Shown piece after piece: positions 1-8,438 of a DNA stretch of 64,000 nucleotides; position 1 is the stretch's first letter; each line of letters opens with the position of its first letter. The DNA comes from an uncultured bacterium. GTDB lineage: Bacteria; Planctomycetota; UBA1135; GCA-002686595. The notes under the pieces were generated by a model. The model was not told the origin of the DNA. It saw only the letters and a program-made list of their open reading frames with translations, and made no database searches. The DNA lies in NCBI GenBank assembly GCA_943787795.1, contig CALSNU010000004.1:224001-288000 (forward strand), read 5' to 3'. The position numbers and the translations under genes were made by a program.

Positions 1-651
1 CCAGGGGGCGAGGCCGGCCTCGAGGGCGAGCTCACGCACCGTGTTGCGGATCCCGTCGGAGCCGTCGAAGGCGATGGCGCACCGCTCCACGTCCAGGACC
101 TTGCTGAACAGGCCTGGCGCGTGCAGCCCGAGGCCGAACGATGCGTCCACCCCATCGGGCTCCTCGGACAGCACGTACCGACGGGACCCGAAGGTGAAGT
201 CCATCTTGTTCCGGTAGCCCTCGAGCGTGGTCGCGGGCTCCACGTCTTGGACGGGCGGCGGCTCGCCGAGGCCAGCGGCCTCGAAGGACCCGGCCAGGGC
301 CCGCCCCACCAGCCCGCGCTTCTGGCTCAGCTGTTCGCCGTACTCGAGCGTCGGGAGGGCGCAGCCCCCGCAAACGCCGGCGTGCGGACAGCGCGCGGCC
401 GTGACGTGCGGCCCCGGCTCGAGGACCTGCACCACCCGCGCCTCGACTCGCCCCCCACGCCGCTTGAGGACCTCCGCGGTGACCGTTGACCCTGGGTTCG
501 CGTGACGCATGCGCAGCCGACTCTCTCCCACGGCGGCGACCCCCCGGCCGCGGTCGTCGATCACGTCGATCTCGACGTCGAAGCGATCACCCCGTCGCGG
601 CTTCCGCCGGATCGGCTGGGCGGAGGTGGGCTCGGAGGGTTCGGTGGACAT
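1..651 (-). CDS. rlmD: 23S rRNA (uracil-5-)-methyltransferase RlmD/TrmA family, N-terminal part; runs off the window edge
   Basis: Not in the ORF track. Manual translation from ATG at 651 gives MSTEPSEP...RRGDRFDVEIDVIDDRGRG (TRAM domain), then CPHAGVCGGC (4Fe-4S motif) and YRNKMDFTF. Confidence 0.85.
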   Translation of the reverse strand, partial: MSTEPSEPTSAQPIRRKPRRGDRFDVEIDVIDDRGRGVAAVGESRLRMRHANPGSTVTAEVLKRRGGRVEARVVQVLEPGPHVTAARCPHAGVCGGCALPTLEYGEQLSQKRGLVGRALAGSFEAAGLGEPPPVQDVEPATTLEGYRNKMDFTFGSRRYVLSEEPDGVDASFGLGLHAPGLFSKVLDVERCAIAFDGSDGIRNTVRELALEAGLAPW

Positions 652-731
652 GGGCGTGAAGGTGCGGGCAAGGACGAGCGATACGGGGCTCGGGAGCGTA
701 CGCTCCCCCGTAGGGAGCGACGACCCCCAAG

Positions 732-2543
732 ATGGAACAGCCGACAGTCGAGCAGCAGCGAGGGGCTCAGGCCGCAGGAGATCCAGCGGTTGGGCTTACC
801 GGCGCAGGATCCCCAGCCGCGGGATCTTCAGACGCGAGACCTTCAGGCGCAGGGCGCTTCAGCCTCGCGCTGCTCGCGCTCTCCGCAGCTCTGCTCCTCG
901 CCCTCGTCAGTCGCGTGGAGTTCCTGGTGGACGACGCGTACATCTCCCTGCGCATCGCCAGGAACTGGGTCGAGCTGGGCGCGCCCGTCTTCAACGCCTT
1001 CGAGCTCGGCCCCGGCGGGCAACCCGTGGAGGGCTTCAGCAACCTGCTGTGGACCGCGCTGCTCGCCGCGCTCTACCAGGCCGGCGCCTCCTTCCCCGAC
1101 TTCCTCGGCCCTCTCCAGCTCTCCCTGGCGATGGGCGTGCTCATCGTGCAGCTGCGCTTCGTGACCTCCGAGCTGCGCCTGGGGCGAGCGGGAGAGTGCG
1201 CGTCGGTGGTGCTGCTCGCCACCTCAGCGCCCTTCGTCGCGTGGTCCACTGGAGGCATGGAGACCACGCTCTTCACGCTCCTGCTGACCGCCTTCTCTGT
1301 GGGCCTCCTGCGCAAGGAACTCTCGAGCCGATCCGACCTCCTGCAGCTGGCCCTCACCGCCGCCGCCGTCGCGGCGGTACGGGTCGAGGGCATCCTCTGG
1401 GTCGCCGGCGTGACGGGCGCCACCCTCGCCGCCGAGTGGCTGCTCTCCGGAGACGGCAAGCACGCGCTCCGCCGCCACCGCCAGCGCCTCACCTGGATCG
1501 TCGTCTTCGCCGCGGCCTCCGTGGTGGCCCAGCTCGTCTGGCGCCAGGTCGTCTTCGGGCAGTGGCTCCCCAACACCGTCGCCGCCAAGACCGGCGGCGG
1601 CGCAGAGGTCCTGGGCCGCGGGCTGCGCCAGGTGGCGACGTGGGCCCTGGTGTCGCTCACCCCCCTGATCGCCCTCGGGCTCGCGCTGCCGGCCCTGCGC
1701 CACACCTCCTCCCGCGCACGGGTCGCCGCAGGAGCGAGCCTGTTCGTGGCTCTCGGCTTCGTGGCCTACAACGTGCTCGTCGGCGGCGACTGGATGCCGT
1801 TCTTCCGCTTCCTCGCCCCCTGCACGCCGGCCCTCGCGCTCCTCGCGGCGGTGGGCATCGACAGGGTCCCCCGCGGCGCCGGGATCGCCCTCACCCTCGG
1901 GGTCGCCGCGGCCCAGCCGCTGCCGCTCTTCGACGTCCACTTCGCCCCCGAGAGCCTGCGCAGCGCGCTCCGCTTCCGCTCCTTCAAGGGCGGCTACCGG
2001 AGCGAAGCCCAGCGCGTCGAGGTGGCTCGACAGAACGAGGGCAACTTCACCCTGCTCGGGAAGGCGCTGGCCGCCGAGGCGCAGCCGGGCGAGGTCCTCG
2101 CCTTCGGCCCCATCGGGTCGCCGGGTTGGTTCGCACCGTCGCTCGACTTCGTGGACCGAAACGGCCTGGTCACCCCCTCGGTAGCCCGACGGGAGGTCAA
2201 GGCCGGCGGGACGGCGGGGCACGAGAAGCGTGTCCCCCACGCCTGGTTCCTGGACCACGGCGCGCCCGCCCCCGACCTCCTCTACGCCACCTGGCGCCCC
2301 GGCATCGTGCGCGAGGAGGACCCCGGCCAGATGCGCGCCCTGAAGCGGGCCCTCCGGAGCCAGGGGCAGACCTCTCGGCCCGAGGAACGCCCGCTCTTCG
2401 ACGGAACCCGGCTCCGCCTCCACCCGATGAGCCTCTCGACGCTCGAGGATCCCTCGAGCCCGCCGCGCGACTTCAGCGAGCTCACGCTGATCCTCTTCGA
2501 GCGAACCGACCCCGCGACCGCGCGCGCCTTCTGGGGTCAGTGA
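732..2543 (+). CDS. Multi-pass GT-C type glycosyltransferase, AftB (arabinofuranosyltransferase)-like
   Basis: DDAYISLRIARN...VEGFSNLLW N-terminal motif, GGDWMPFFRF, GHEK, many TM segments. Confidence 0.7.
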   Translation: MEQPTVEQQRGAQAAGDPAVGLTGAGSPAAGSSDARPSGAGRFSLALLALSAALLLALVSRVEFLVDDAYISLRIARNWVELGAPVFNAFELGPGGQPVEGFSNLLWTALLAALYQAGASFPDFLGPLQLSLAMGVLIVQLRFVTSELRLGRAGECASVVLLATSAPFVAWSTGGMETTLFTLLLTAFSVGLLRKELSSRSDLLQLALTAAAVAAVRVEGILWVAGVTGATLAAEWLLSGDGKHALRRHRQRLTWIVVFAAASVVAQLVWRQVVFGQWLPNTVAAKTGGGAEVLGRGLRQVATWALVSLTPLIALGLALPALRHTSSRARVAAGASLFVALGFVAYNVLVGGDWMPFFRFLAPCTPALALLAAVGIDRVPRGAGIALTLGVAAAQPLPLFDVHFAPESLRSALRFRSFKGGYRSEAQRVEVARQNEGNFTLLGKALAAEAQPGEVLAFGPIGSPGWFAPSLDFVDRNGLVTPSVARREVKAGGTAGHEKRVPHAWFLDHGAPAPDLLYATWRPGIVREEDPGQMRALKRALRSQGQTSRPEERPLFDGTRLRLHPMSLSTLEDPSSPPRDFSELTLILFERTDPATARAFWGQ

Positions 2544-3061
2544 ACCGGAGGCTCGCTCGGCGGCGACGCGTCGCCCGTGGCGAGATAGACCGCGATGGCC
2601 ACCGCGTTGGCCAGATTGATGGAGCGCACGCCGTCGTGGATCGGGATCCGCACGCGGCGGCCGGCGTGGGCCTCAAGGAGCTCAGCGGGGAGCCCCTTGC
2701 TCTCGCTTCCGAAGACCAGGATGTCCCCTGGCTCGAAGGCGACCTCGCGCAGGGAGGTCCCGCCCCTCGCAGAGAAGAGGCGCAGCCGCTCCTCGAGCGG
2801 CCGCTCGCTTCCGGAGCGGAGCGCGTCGAAGCACGCCTCCAGGCTCCCATGCACCGTCAGGTCCACCAGCGGCCAGTAGTCGAGCCCTGCCCGCTTGAGG
2901 TAGCGGTCCTCGAGGCTGAATCCAAGGGGCTCGACCAGGTGGAGCCTCGCCCCCATCGCCGCCGTGAGCCGGCCAGCGCAGCCCGAGTTGTGCGGGATCT
3001 CCGGGTGCACGAGGACCACATCGATCCCTCCCTGCGCGGCGCCGTTCTCCGACCGTTCCAT
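2537..3061 (-). CDS. trmL: tRNA (cytidine(34)-2'-O)-methyltransferase TrmL (SPOUT)
   Basis: PEIPHNSG, LKRAGLDYW, FGSESKGLP, RSINLANA. Start moved to ATG 3061, which has a TATCCT box 7 nt upstream. Confidence 0.9.
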   Translation of the reverse strand: MERSENGAAQGGIDVVLVHPEIPHNSGCAGRLTAAMGARLHLVEPLGFSLEDRYLKRAGLDYWPLVDLTVHGSLEACFDALRSGSERPLEERLRLFSARGGTSLREVAFEPGDILVFGSESKGLPAELLEAHAGRRVRIPIHDGVRSINLANAVAIAVYLATGDASPPSEPPVH

Positions 3062-3113
3062 CGGGGAGAGGATACCCACTGCCCGGCGAGCCGCATCCCT
3101 TAGGGTGGGCGCC

Positions 3114-3794
3114 ATGGACATCTCGCTGAACGGACACGAGGCGCGCGCGCTGGGCGTGCTGATCGAGAAGGCCTTCACGACGCCGGACCAGTACCCCCTG
3201 TCCCTGAACGCCATCACGAATGGCTGCAACCAGAAGAGCAACAGGGACCCCGAGGTGGACTTCTCCGAGGCCGAGGTGCGGATCGCCCTCCAGGGCTTGC
3301 GGATGAAGGGGCTCGCGGGGCAGAGCGTGCCGGCCGGCAGCCGGGTCGAGAGGTGGCGGCACAATGCGAGCGAGACCCTGAGCCTGGGTGAGCGCGAGGT
3401 GGCGGTCCTGGCCGAGCTGCTCCTGCGTGGGTCTCAGACCGCTGGCGAGCTCCGCTCCCGCGCTCGTCGCATGCGAGACCTCCCGGACCTCGCAGCCCTC
3501 GAGCAGGCGCTCCAGGCCCTTCGGGACCGTGGATACGCCATCACCGCGACCGGCGGGCGTGCCCCCAGGACCTCGCAGCTCCTGTGCAAGCAAATGGACC
3601 CGGGCGCAGGGGACACGGCGTCGGTGGAGCCTGCACCCGGACATCCCATCGCCCCCGCCGGTGCCGCGGCGCCGCCAACCGCTGCCCCTGGCGGCGATCC
3701 TGCTCCTCTCGCTGACCGCGTGGAGACCCTGGAGCGTCAGGTTCGCGAGCTGACACGGAGCATGACTCAGCTCCGAGAGGAGCTCGGGGCTTGA
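3114..3794 (+). CDS. YceH/DUF480 family protein
   Basis: EARALGVLIEKAFTTPDQYPLSLNAITNGCNQKSNRDP; LLLRGSQTAGELRSR; C-terminal coiled coil. Confidence 0.9.
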   Translation: MDISLNGHEARALGVLIEKAFTTPDQYPLSLNAITNGCNQKSNRDPEVDFSEAEVRIALQGLRMKGLAGQSVPAGSRVERWRHNASETLSLGEREVAVLAELLLRGSQTAGELRSRARRMRDLPDLAALEQALQALRDRGYAITATGGRAPRTSQLLCKQMDPGAGDTASVEPAPGHPIAPAGAAAPPTAAPGGDPAPLADRVETLERQVRELTRSMTQLREELGA

Positions 3795-4993
3795 GGGGCT
3801 GGAGGGCGCTGATCCTGCTCGTCGCTGGCGGCGCAGCCTGCGCCACGGCGCCGCCGGAGCAGGGCTTGGCGGCGCCCGAAGCCCGCCACTCTCTGCCGGG
3901 CCCGGTCCATGCTCCGCCGCCTGTCGATGACGAGGAGGCTGCGCAGGAAGGTCCGCGTCGCAGCGGCTCGCTCCGGGCCAGCGCCTACGTGCTGCGCCCA
4001 GTGCGCGGCTTCGATGTGCGCATGGCGCCGGATCTGATCGACGGGGACCAGGCAGAGGTGGGCGCCCGCGCCCTCGACGCGCTGGACCGCGACCTCGGCG
4101 ACGTCCTGGACCAGACCCCCGCGATCCGGCACGACTTCCTGCGGTCGGTCCCCATCTACCTCGGCGTGGCCGATCCAGTGGCGCCATGCGCCTGCTACCA
4201 CCCGAGCGCCAGGTGGCTCGAGCGCAACGGTTTCGACCCGGCCAAGGCGCGGTCCGTGGAGATCTCCAGCGCCCGGACGTTCGTCGACTGGCGAAGGCAT
4301 CAACCTTCCATGGTCCTCCATGAGCTGGCCCACGCGCTGCACGACCAGGTCCTCCGGCCGGAGCAACCGCGGCTCGAGGCGGCGCTCGAAGCCGTCCGCT
4401 CCCGGGGCAGCTACGACCAAACCCTGCGCTGGTCCGGCGCGATCGCCAGTCACTACGCCCTCACCACCGTGGACGAGTACTTCGCGGAGACCACCGAGTC
4501 GCTGCTCGGGGTGAATGACTTCTACCCCTTCGTCCGCGCCGAGCTCCTGGGCGTCGACCCCGAGGGCGCAGCCCTGGTGGCGGCCCTGTGGAAGGATGAG
4601 ACCCAGGGAGCGGGAGACGGCCCCGCCCGCGGAGGGGTGATCGAGGCCCTGGAGCACCTCGCCGAGGCCCTGGAGCCCGGAGAGGGTCGTCCGGGCACGC
4701 CTCCAGCCGCCGCGCTGGCGCCCCTGCTCGCCAGGGGATTCGAGCTCGTTGAGCGCGACGGTCGCGTGCGTCTCCAGCGAGACCTGCTGGAGAGCTCCGC
4801 GCCCTTCCCCGCGCGACCCGCGCTGCCGGTGGACCTGCTCTCTTCCCAGCCGATCGGCCCGCTGCACACGGTCGTCACGTTCCGCGCGGCCGAGGACGGC
4901 GCGACCTGCTCTGCTGTCCTCGAACGCAGCGCCGAGGCCCCTGGGGGGCTGCGCTGGCTGAGGCTCCAGGTCTCGGGGCCGGGGGGGCGCTAG
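3791..4993 (+). CDS. Exported zinc metallopeptidase-like protein (HExxH), probable lipoprotein
   Basis: Signal peptide with AAC; MVLHELAHALHD and downstream EYFAETTE; 4-bp overlap with the upstream gene. Confidence 0.7.
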   Translation: MRGWRALILLVAGGAACATAPPEQGLAAPEARHSLPGPVHAPPPVDDEEAAQEGPRRSGSLRASAYVLRPVRGFDVRMAPDLIDGDQAEVGARALDALDRDLGDVLDQTPAIRHDFLRSVPIYLGVADPVAPCACYHPSARWLERNGFDPAKARSVEISSARTFVDWRRHQPSMVLHELAHALHDQVLRPEQPRLEAALEAVRSRGSYDQTLRWSGAIASHYALTTVDEYFAETTESLLGVNDFYPFVRAELLGVDPEGAALVAALWKDETQGAGDGPARGGVIEALEHLAEALEPGEGRPGTPPAAALAPLLARGFELVERDGRVRLQRDLLESSAPFPARPALPVDLLSSQPIGPLHTVVTFRAAEDGATCSAVLERSAEAPGGLRWLRLQVSGPGGR

Positions 4994-5075
4994 GCCCCAC
5001 GAGAATCGCCACGTTCAGCAAAAAGGGAACGGCTCCCCGGCAGAGCCGCTCGCTCGGTCGGACTATGCTCCGTCC

Positions 5076-7340
5076 ATGAAGATCGCGGTCATCGGAGGAG
5101 GTCCTGGCGGGCTGTTCACGGCCATCCTCGCCAAGAAGGCGTTCCCCGGCGCCGAGATCGACGTCTACGAGCGCAACGCCCGCGGCGACACCTTCGGCTG
5201 GGGCGTGGTCTTCAGCGACGAGACCCTTGGCAACGTCGAGGGCGCCGACCCCGAGAGTTTCCGGGAGATCCGTGAGTCGTTCGCCTACTGGACGGACATC
5301 GAGACCTTCATCGGCGGCGAGATGGTCCGCTCTACCGGACACGGCTTCTGCGGCCTGGCGCGCAAGGAGCTGCTGGCGATCCTGGATCGACGCGCCGCGG
5401 CCCTCGGCGTGCGTTCCCACTACGAAGTCGAGGTCGATCGCGCGGAGCTCGAGCAGTCGGCGGACCTCGTCGTGGCCAGCGACGGCCTGAACAGCGCCGT
5501 CCGGGAGGGCGCCGGGGACCGCTTCGGCCCCTGCATCGACTGGCGCAAGGCGCGCTTCTGCTGGCTGGGGACCGACAAGCCCCTCGGGGCCTTCACGTTC
5601 ATCTTCAAGGAGAACGAGCACGGGGTGTGGAACATCCACGCCTACCCCTTCGAGCGCGGCGACGAGCCCCGCTCCACCTGGATCGTGGAGTGCGATGAGG
5701 CGACCTGGCAGCGCTCGGGGCTCGGTGATGGCGACGAGGACGCGACCGTTCGCTACGTGGCGGACCTGTTCTCGGAGCACCTCGAGGGCCACGAGCTCCT
5801 CACCAACCGCTCGATCTGGCGCGTCTTCCCCACCGTCGCGTGCGCCACGTGGGTGGACGGCAAGACCGTCCTCGTCGGCGACTCGGCCCACACCGCCCAC
5901 TTCTCCATCGGCTCTGGGACCAAGCTCGCGATGGAGGACTCCATCGCGCTGGTGGACGCGCTCATCTCGGCCCGCACGGGAGAGGACGACGCGGACGTGG
6001 GCGCCGCCCTGGCCAGCTACCAGGAGCGCCGCAGCGTCGAGGTGCTCAAGACCCAGAAGGCCGCCCAGATCAGCCTGGAGTGGTTCGAACACTCGGGGCG
6101 GTACATGGAGCAGGACCCGGTCCTGTTCACGTTCAACCTCATGACGCGCTCGAAGCGCATCACCTACGACAACCTCGCGCTGCGCGACCCCGACCTCGTG
6201 GACAGCGCCCGGCGCCGCTTCATCGAGCAGGAGGGCGGCGACCCCGACGTCATCACGCTCCCCGCCTTCACGCCCTTCCGCGCGCGCGACGTCGTTCTGG
6301 CGAACCGCGTGGTCGTCTCCCCCATGTGCCAGTACAGCGCCGTCGAGGGCACGCCGCTCCGCTGGCACGACGTCCACTACGGCGCGCGCGCCATCGGCGG
6401 CGCCGGCCTGCTGTTTACTGAGGCCACCAACGTCTCCGCGCAAGGCCGGATCACCTACGGCTGCACGGGGATCTACACTGACGAGCACGAGGCTCGGTGG
6501 AAGGAGATCGTCGACTTTGCCCACGAGCACTCCGGCGCCAAGGTCGCGATGCAGCTGGGCCACGCCGGTCGGAAGGCGTCCTACTCGCTTCCCTGGGAGG
6601 GGGACGCACCCCTCCTGGATGAGACCGCCTGGTCCACCATGGGCCCAACGAACGCCCCCTTCCGCCCCGGGGCCCCCGCCCCGAAGGCCATGGACCGCGC
6701 CGACATGGACGCCGTGCTGGCCGAGTTCAAGGACGCGACCGAGCGCAGCGTGCGCGCCGGGTTCGACGTCATCGAGGTCCACGCGGCCCACGGCTACCTG
6801 CTCTCGAGCTTCCTGTCTCCGGCGGTGAACGACCGCGCAGACGGGTACGGCGGCGACCAACTGGAGGACCGCGCACGCTTCCCTCTGGAGGTGATCGACG
6901 TGGTTCGCGCAGCCATGCCAAAGGGCATGCCGCTCTTCCTCCGCGTCTCGGCCACGGACTGGTTCTTCGAGGGCGGCCAGACCGTCGAGGACTCCGTGCG
7001 CTTCGCGCGCCTCGCCAAGGACCGTGGCGTCGACGTGATCGACGTCTCGAGCGCCGGTAACGTGCCCACCTCCCGGCCCGTGTACGGGCGCATGTACCAG
7101 GTCCCCTTCGCCGAGCGTATTCGCTACGAGGCGGAGGTCCCCGTCATGGCCGTGGGCGCGATCCAGGGGATCGACCACGCGAACACCATCCTGGTCTCCG
7201 GACGCGCGGACCTCTGCGCCATGGCGCGGCCGCACCTCGAGGATCCGCACCTGACCCTGCGGGCCGCCAACGAGTCCGGAGAGCCCGGGCAGCACTGGCC
7301 CGCGCAGTACGCCGCGGCCCGGCGGCGCCCGCGGGCCTGA
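5076..7340 (+). CDS. Bifunctional salicylyl-CoA 5-hydroxylase / anthraniloyl-CoA monooxygenase-type flavoprotein (FAD monooxygenase + Old Yellow Enzyme domain)
   Basis: GGGPGG, TFGWGVVFSD, GDSAHTAHFSIGSGTKLAMED, then NRVVVSPMCQYSA and HAAHGYLLSSFLSP. Confidence 0.9.
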   Translation: MKIAVIGGGPGGLFTAILAKKAFPGAEIDVYERNARGDTFGWGVVFSDETLGNVEGADPESFREIRESFAYWTDIETFIGGEMVRSTGHGFCGLARKELLAILDRRAAALGVRSHYEVEVDRAELEQSADLVVASDGLNSAVREGAGDRFGPCIDWRKARFCWLGTDKPLGAFTFIFKENEHGVWNIHAYPFERGDEPRSTWIVECDEATWQRSGLGDGDEDATVRYVADLFSEHLEGHELLTNRSIWRVFPTVACATWVDGKTVLVGDSAHTAHFSIGSGTKLAMEDSIALVDALISARTGEDDADVGAALASYQERRSVEVLKTQKAAQISLEWFEHSGRYMEQDPVLFTFNLMTRSKRITYDNLALRDPDLVDSARRRFIEQEGGDPDVITLPAFTPFRARDVVLANRVVVSPMCQYSAVEGTPLRWHDVHYGARAIGGAGLLFTEATNVSAQGRITYGCTGIYTDEHEARWKEIVDFAHEHSGAKVAMQLGHAGRKASYSLPWEGDAPLLDETAWSTMGPTNAPFRPGAPAPKAMDRADMDAVLAEFKDATERSVRAGFDVIEVHAAHGYLLSSFLSPAVNDRADGYGGDQLEDRARFPLEVIDVVRAAMPKGMPLFLRVSATDWFFEGGQTVEDSVRFARLAKDRGVDVIDVSSAGNVPTSRPVYGRMYQVPFAERIRYEAEVPVMAVGAIQGIDHANTILVSGRADLCAMARPHLEDPHLTLRAANESGEPGQHWPAQYAAARRRPRA

Positions 7341-7573
7341 GAGATCGGTTCGACCGCTCCTGCGGGGGAACGCGAGGTGCCGCCTGACATGACGTGAGCC
7401 GGGCCGTGACGGCCGGCGCAGCCGAGGGAGGCTCGGCGCCGTCGATCCCCGTTCGGCCGCCCTACCGTGGGGCTTCCAGGCGCCGCTGGGCGTGGTGAAG
7501 CCGCTCTGCTCTCTGGGGCCAGGCTCTGGGACTGAGCCTACCGGCGCCCCATCACCTGACCCGATGCCCCGTA

Positions 7574-7608
7574 GGCTGTGGGCTGTGGGCTGCGGGCTGT
7601 GGGCTGCG
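7574..7608. repeat. 5 x 7-bp tandem repeat (GGCTGTG/GGCTGCG)
   Basis: Read directly in the intergenic region between convergent genes. Confidence 0.85.
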
Positions 7609-7645
7609 GAGCCTTCGAGTCAGCGCTCCCTGGCCCGAGCCTTCC

Positions 7646-8368
7646 CTACGACGCGGAGCCGCGGTCGTAGCGGAGGCGCACGTTCTGACGACCCATCTCT
7701 TCGAGCCGCGCCTTGTCCTTCTTCAGGCCCAGGTTGTGGGCCTTCGAGACCACGCTCTTCACGGAGCGCCCGAGCTGCTGGGCGATCTGCAGGTTGCTCT
7801 CGCCAGGATAGAGCTGCCGCAGCACCTGAAGCTCCGGCTCCGTCCAGCGCGGCATGCGAGTGCGCTCGTTGCCGCTGGTCTTGCGACGCATGTACGCCTT
7901 GTCCTTGGACAGGCAGAGGCGACCGGCCTCATCCTGAATTCGGTCCAGGGTCCGACCGAAGATGATCGCCAGGTCCTCGTCCGCCCGGGTGCCGTACTGG
8001 CGCTTGAAGTGGATGAGCTCGGGGCTCGTGAGGGGAGCCTCGGAGAGGGTGGTCGCGAGCTCGACGAGCTTGCCCTCGAGGTCCTCAACCGTCCGGCCGA
8101 GCATCCTCGCCAGGAGCTTGGACTCCACGCCACCGAGGTAGCGTCGAAGGGTGTCGACGTCGTCGGCCGACCAGGGACCGCTGGCAGGTTCCGTCGAGAG
8201 GAGCTCGGTGGCCTTGGCCCGAACTTCCTCCACGGAGCGTCCCAGCTCACGGGCGAGGAAGGACTCGTCCTTCTGACCGAAGGATGCCTTCAGCGCGTCG
8301 ACGTCGGACTCAGACCAGGGTTTATCCTGGCTCGGCTCCGACTGAGGGTTGGATTGTCCTGTTGTCAC
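7646..8368 (-). CDS. Protein of four tandem Myb/SANT-like helix-turn-helix repeats, putative DNA-binding
   Basis: Repeats begin W(S/T)xxD/E and end (L/F)GR(S/T); GTG start. Confidence 0.65.
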   Translation of the reverse strand: MTTGQSNPQSEPSQDKPWSESDVDALKASFGQKDESFLARELGRSVEEVRAKATELLSTEPASGPWSADDVDTLRRYLGGVESKLLARMLGRTVEDLEGKLVELATTLSEAPLTSPELIHFKRQYGTRADEDLAIIFGRTLDRIQDEAGRLCLSKDKAYMRRKTSGNERTRMPRWTEPELQVLRQLYPGESNLQIAQQLGRSVKSVVSKAHNLGLKKDKARLEEMGRQNVRLRYDRGSAS

Positions 8369-8400
8369 GGTCGATCAATTGGGGTTCGCGCGCCTTCCAA

Positions 8401-8409
8401 ATTGTATCA
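8401..8409 (-). promoter_or_regulatory. Extended -10 element (TGaTACAAT) upstream of the Myb-like gene
   Basis: Minus strand reads cttgaTACAAT in an AT-rich patch 32 nt upstream of the GTG. Confidence 0.5.
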
Positions 8410-8438
8410 AGACAGTACACCAGTACCCCAGCCCCTCC

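Noticed and set aside
509..3103. 864-aa plus-strand ORF and other long Arg/Pro/Gly-rich overlapping ORFs (e.g. 4875-7295, 8349-10109, 21176-22987, 36182-38221, 47975-49570)
   Set aside because: Off-frame or antisense shadows expected in high-GC DNA; the overlapping frames carry the recognisable protein motifs.
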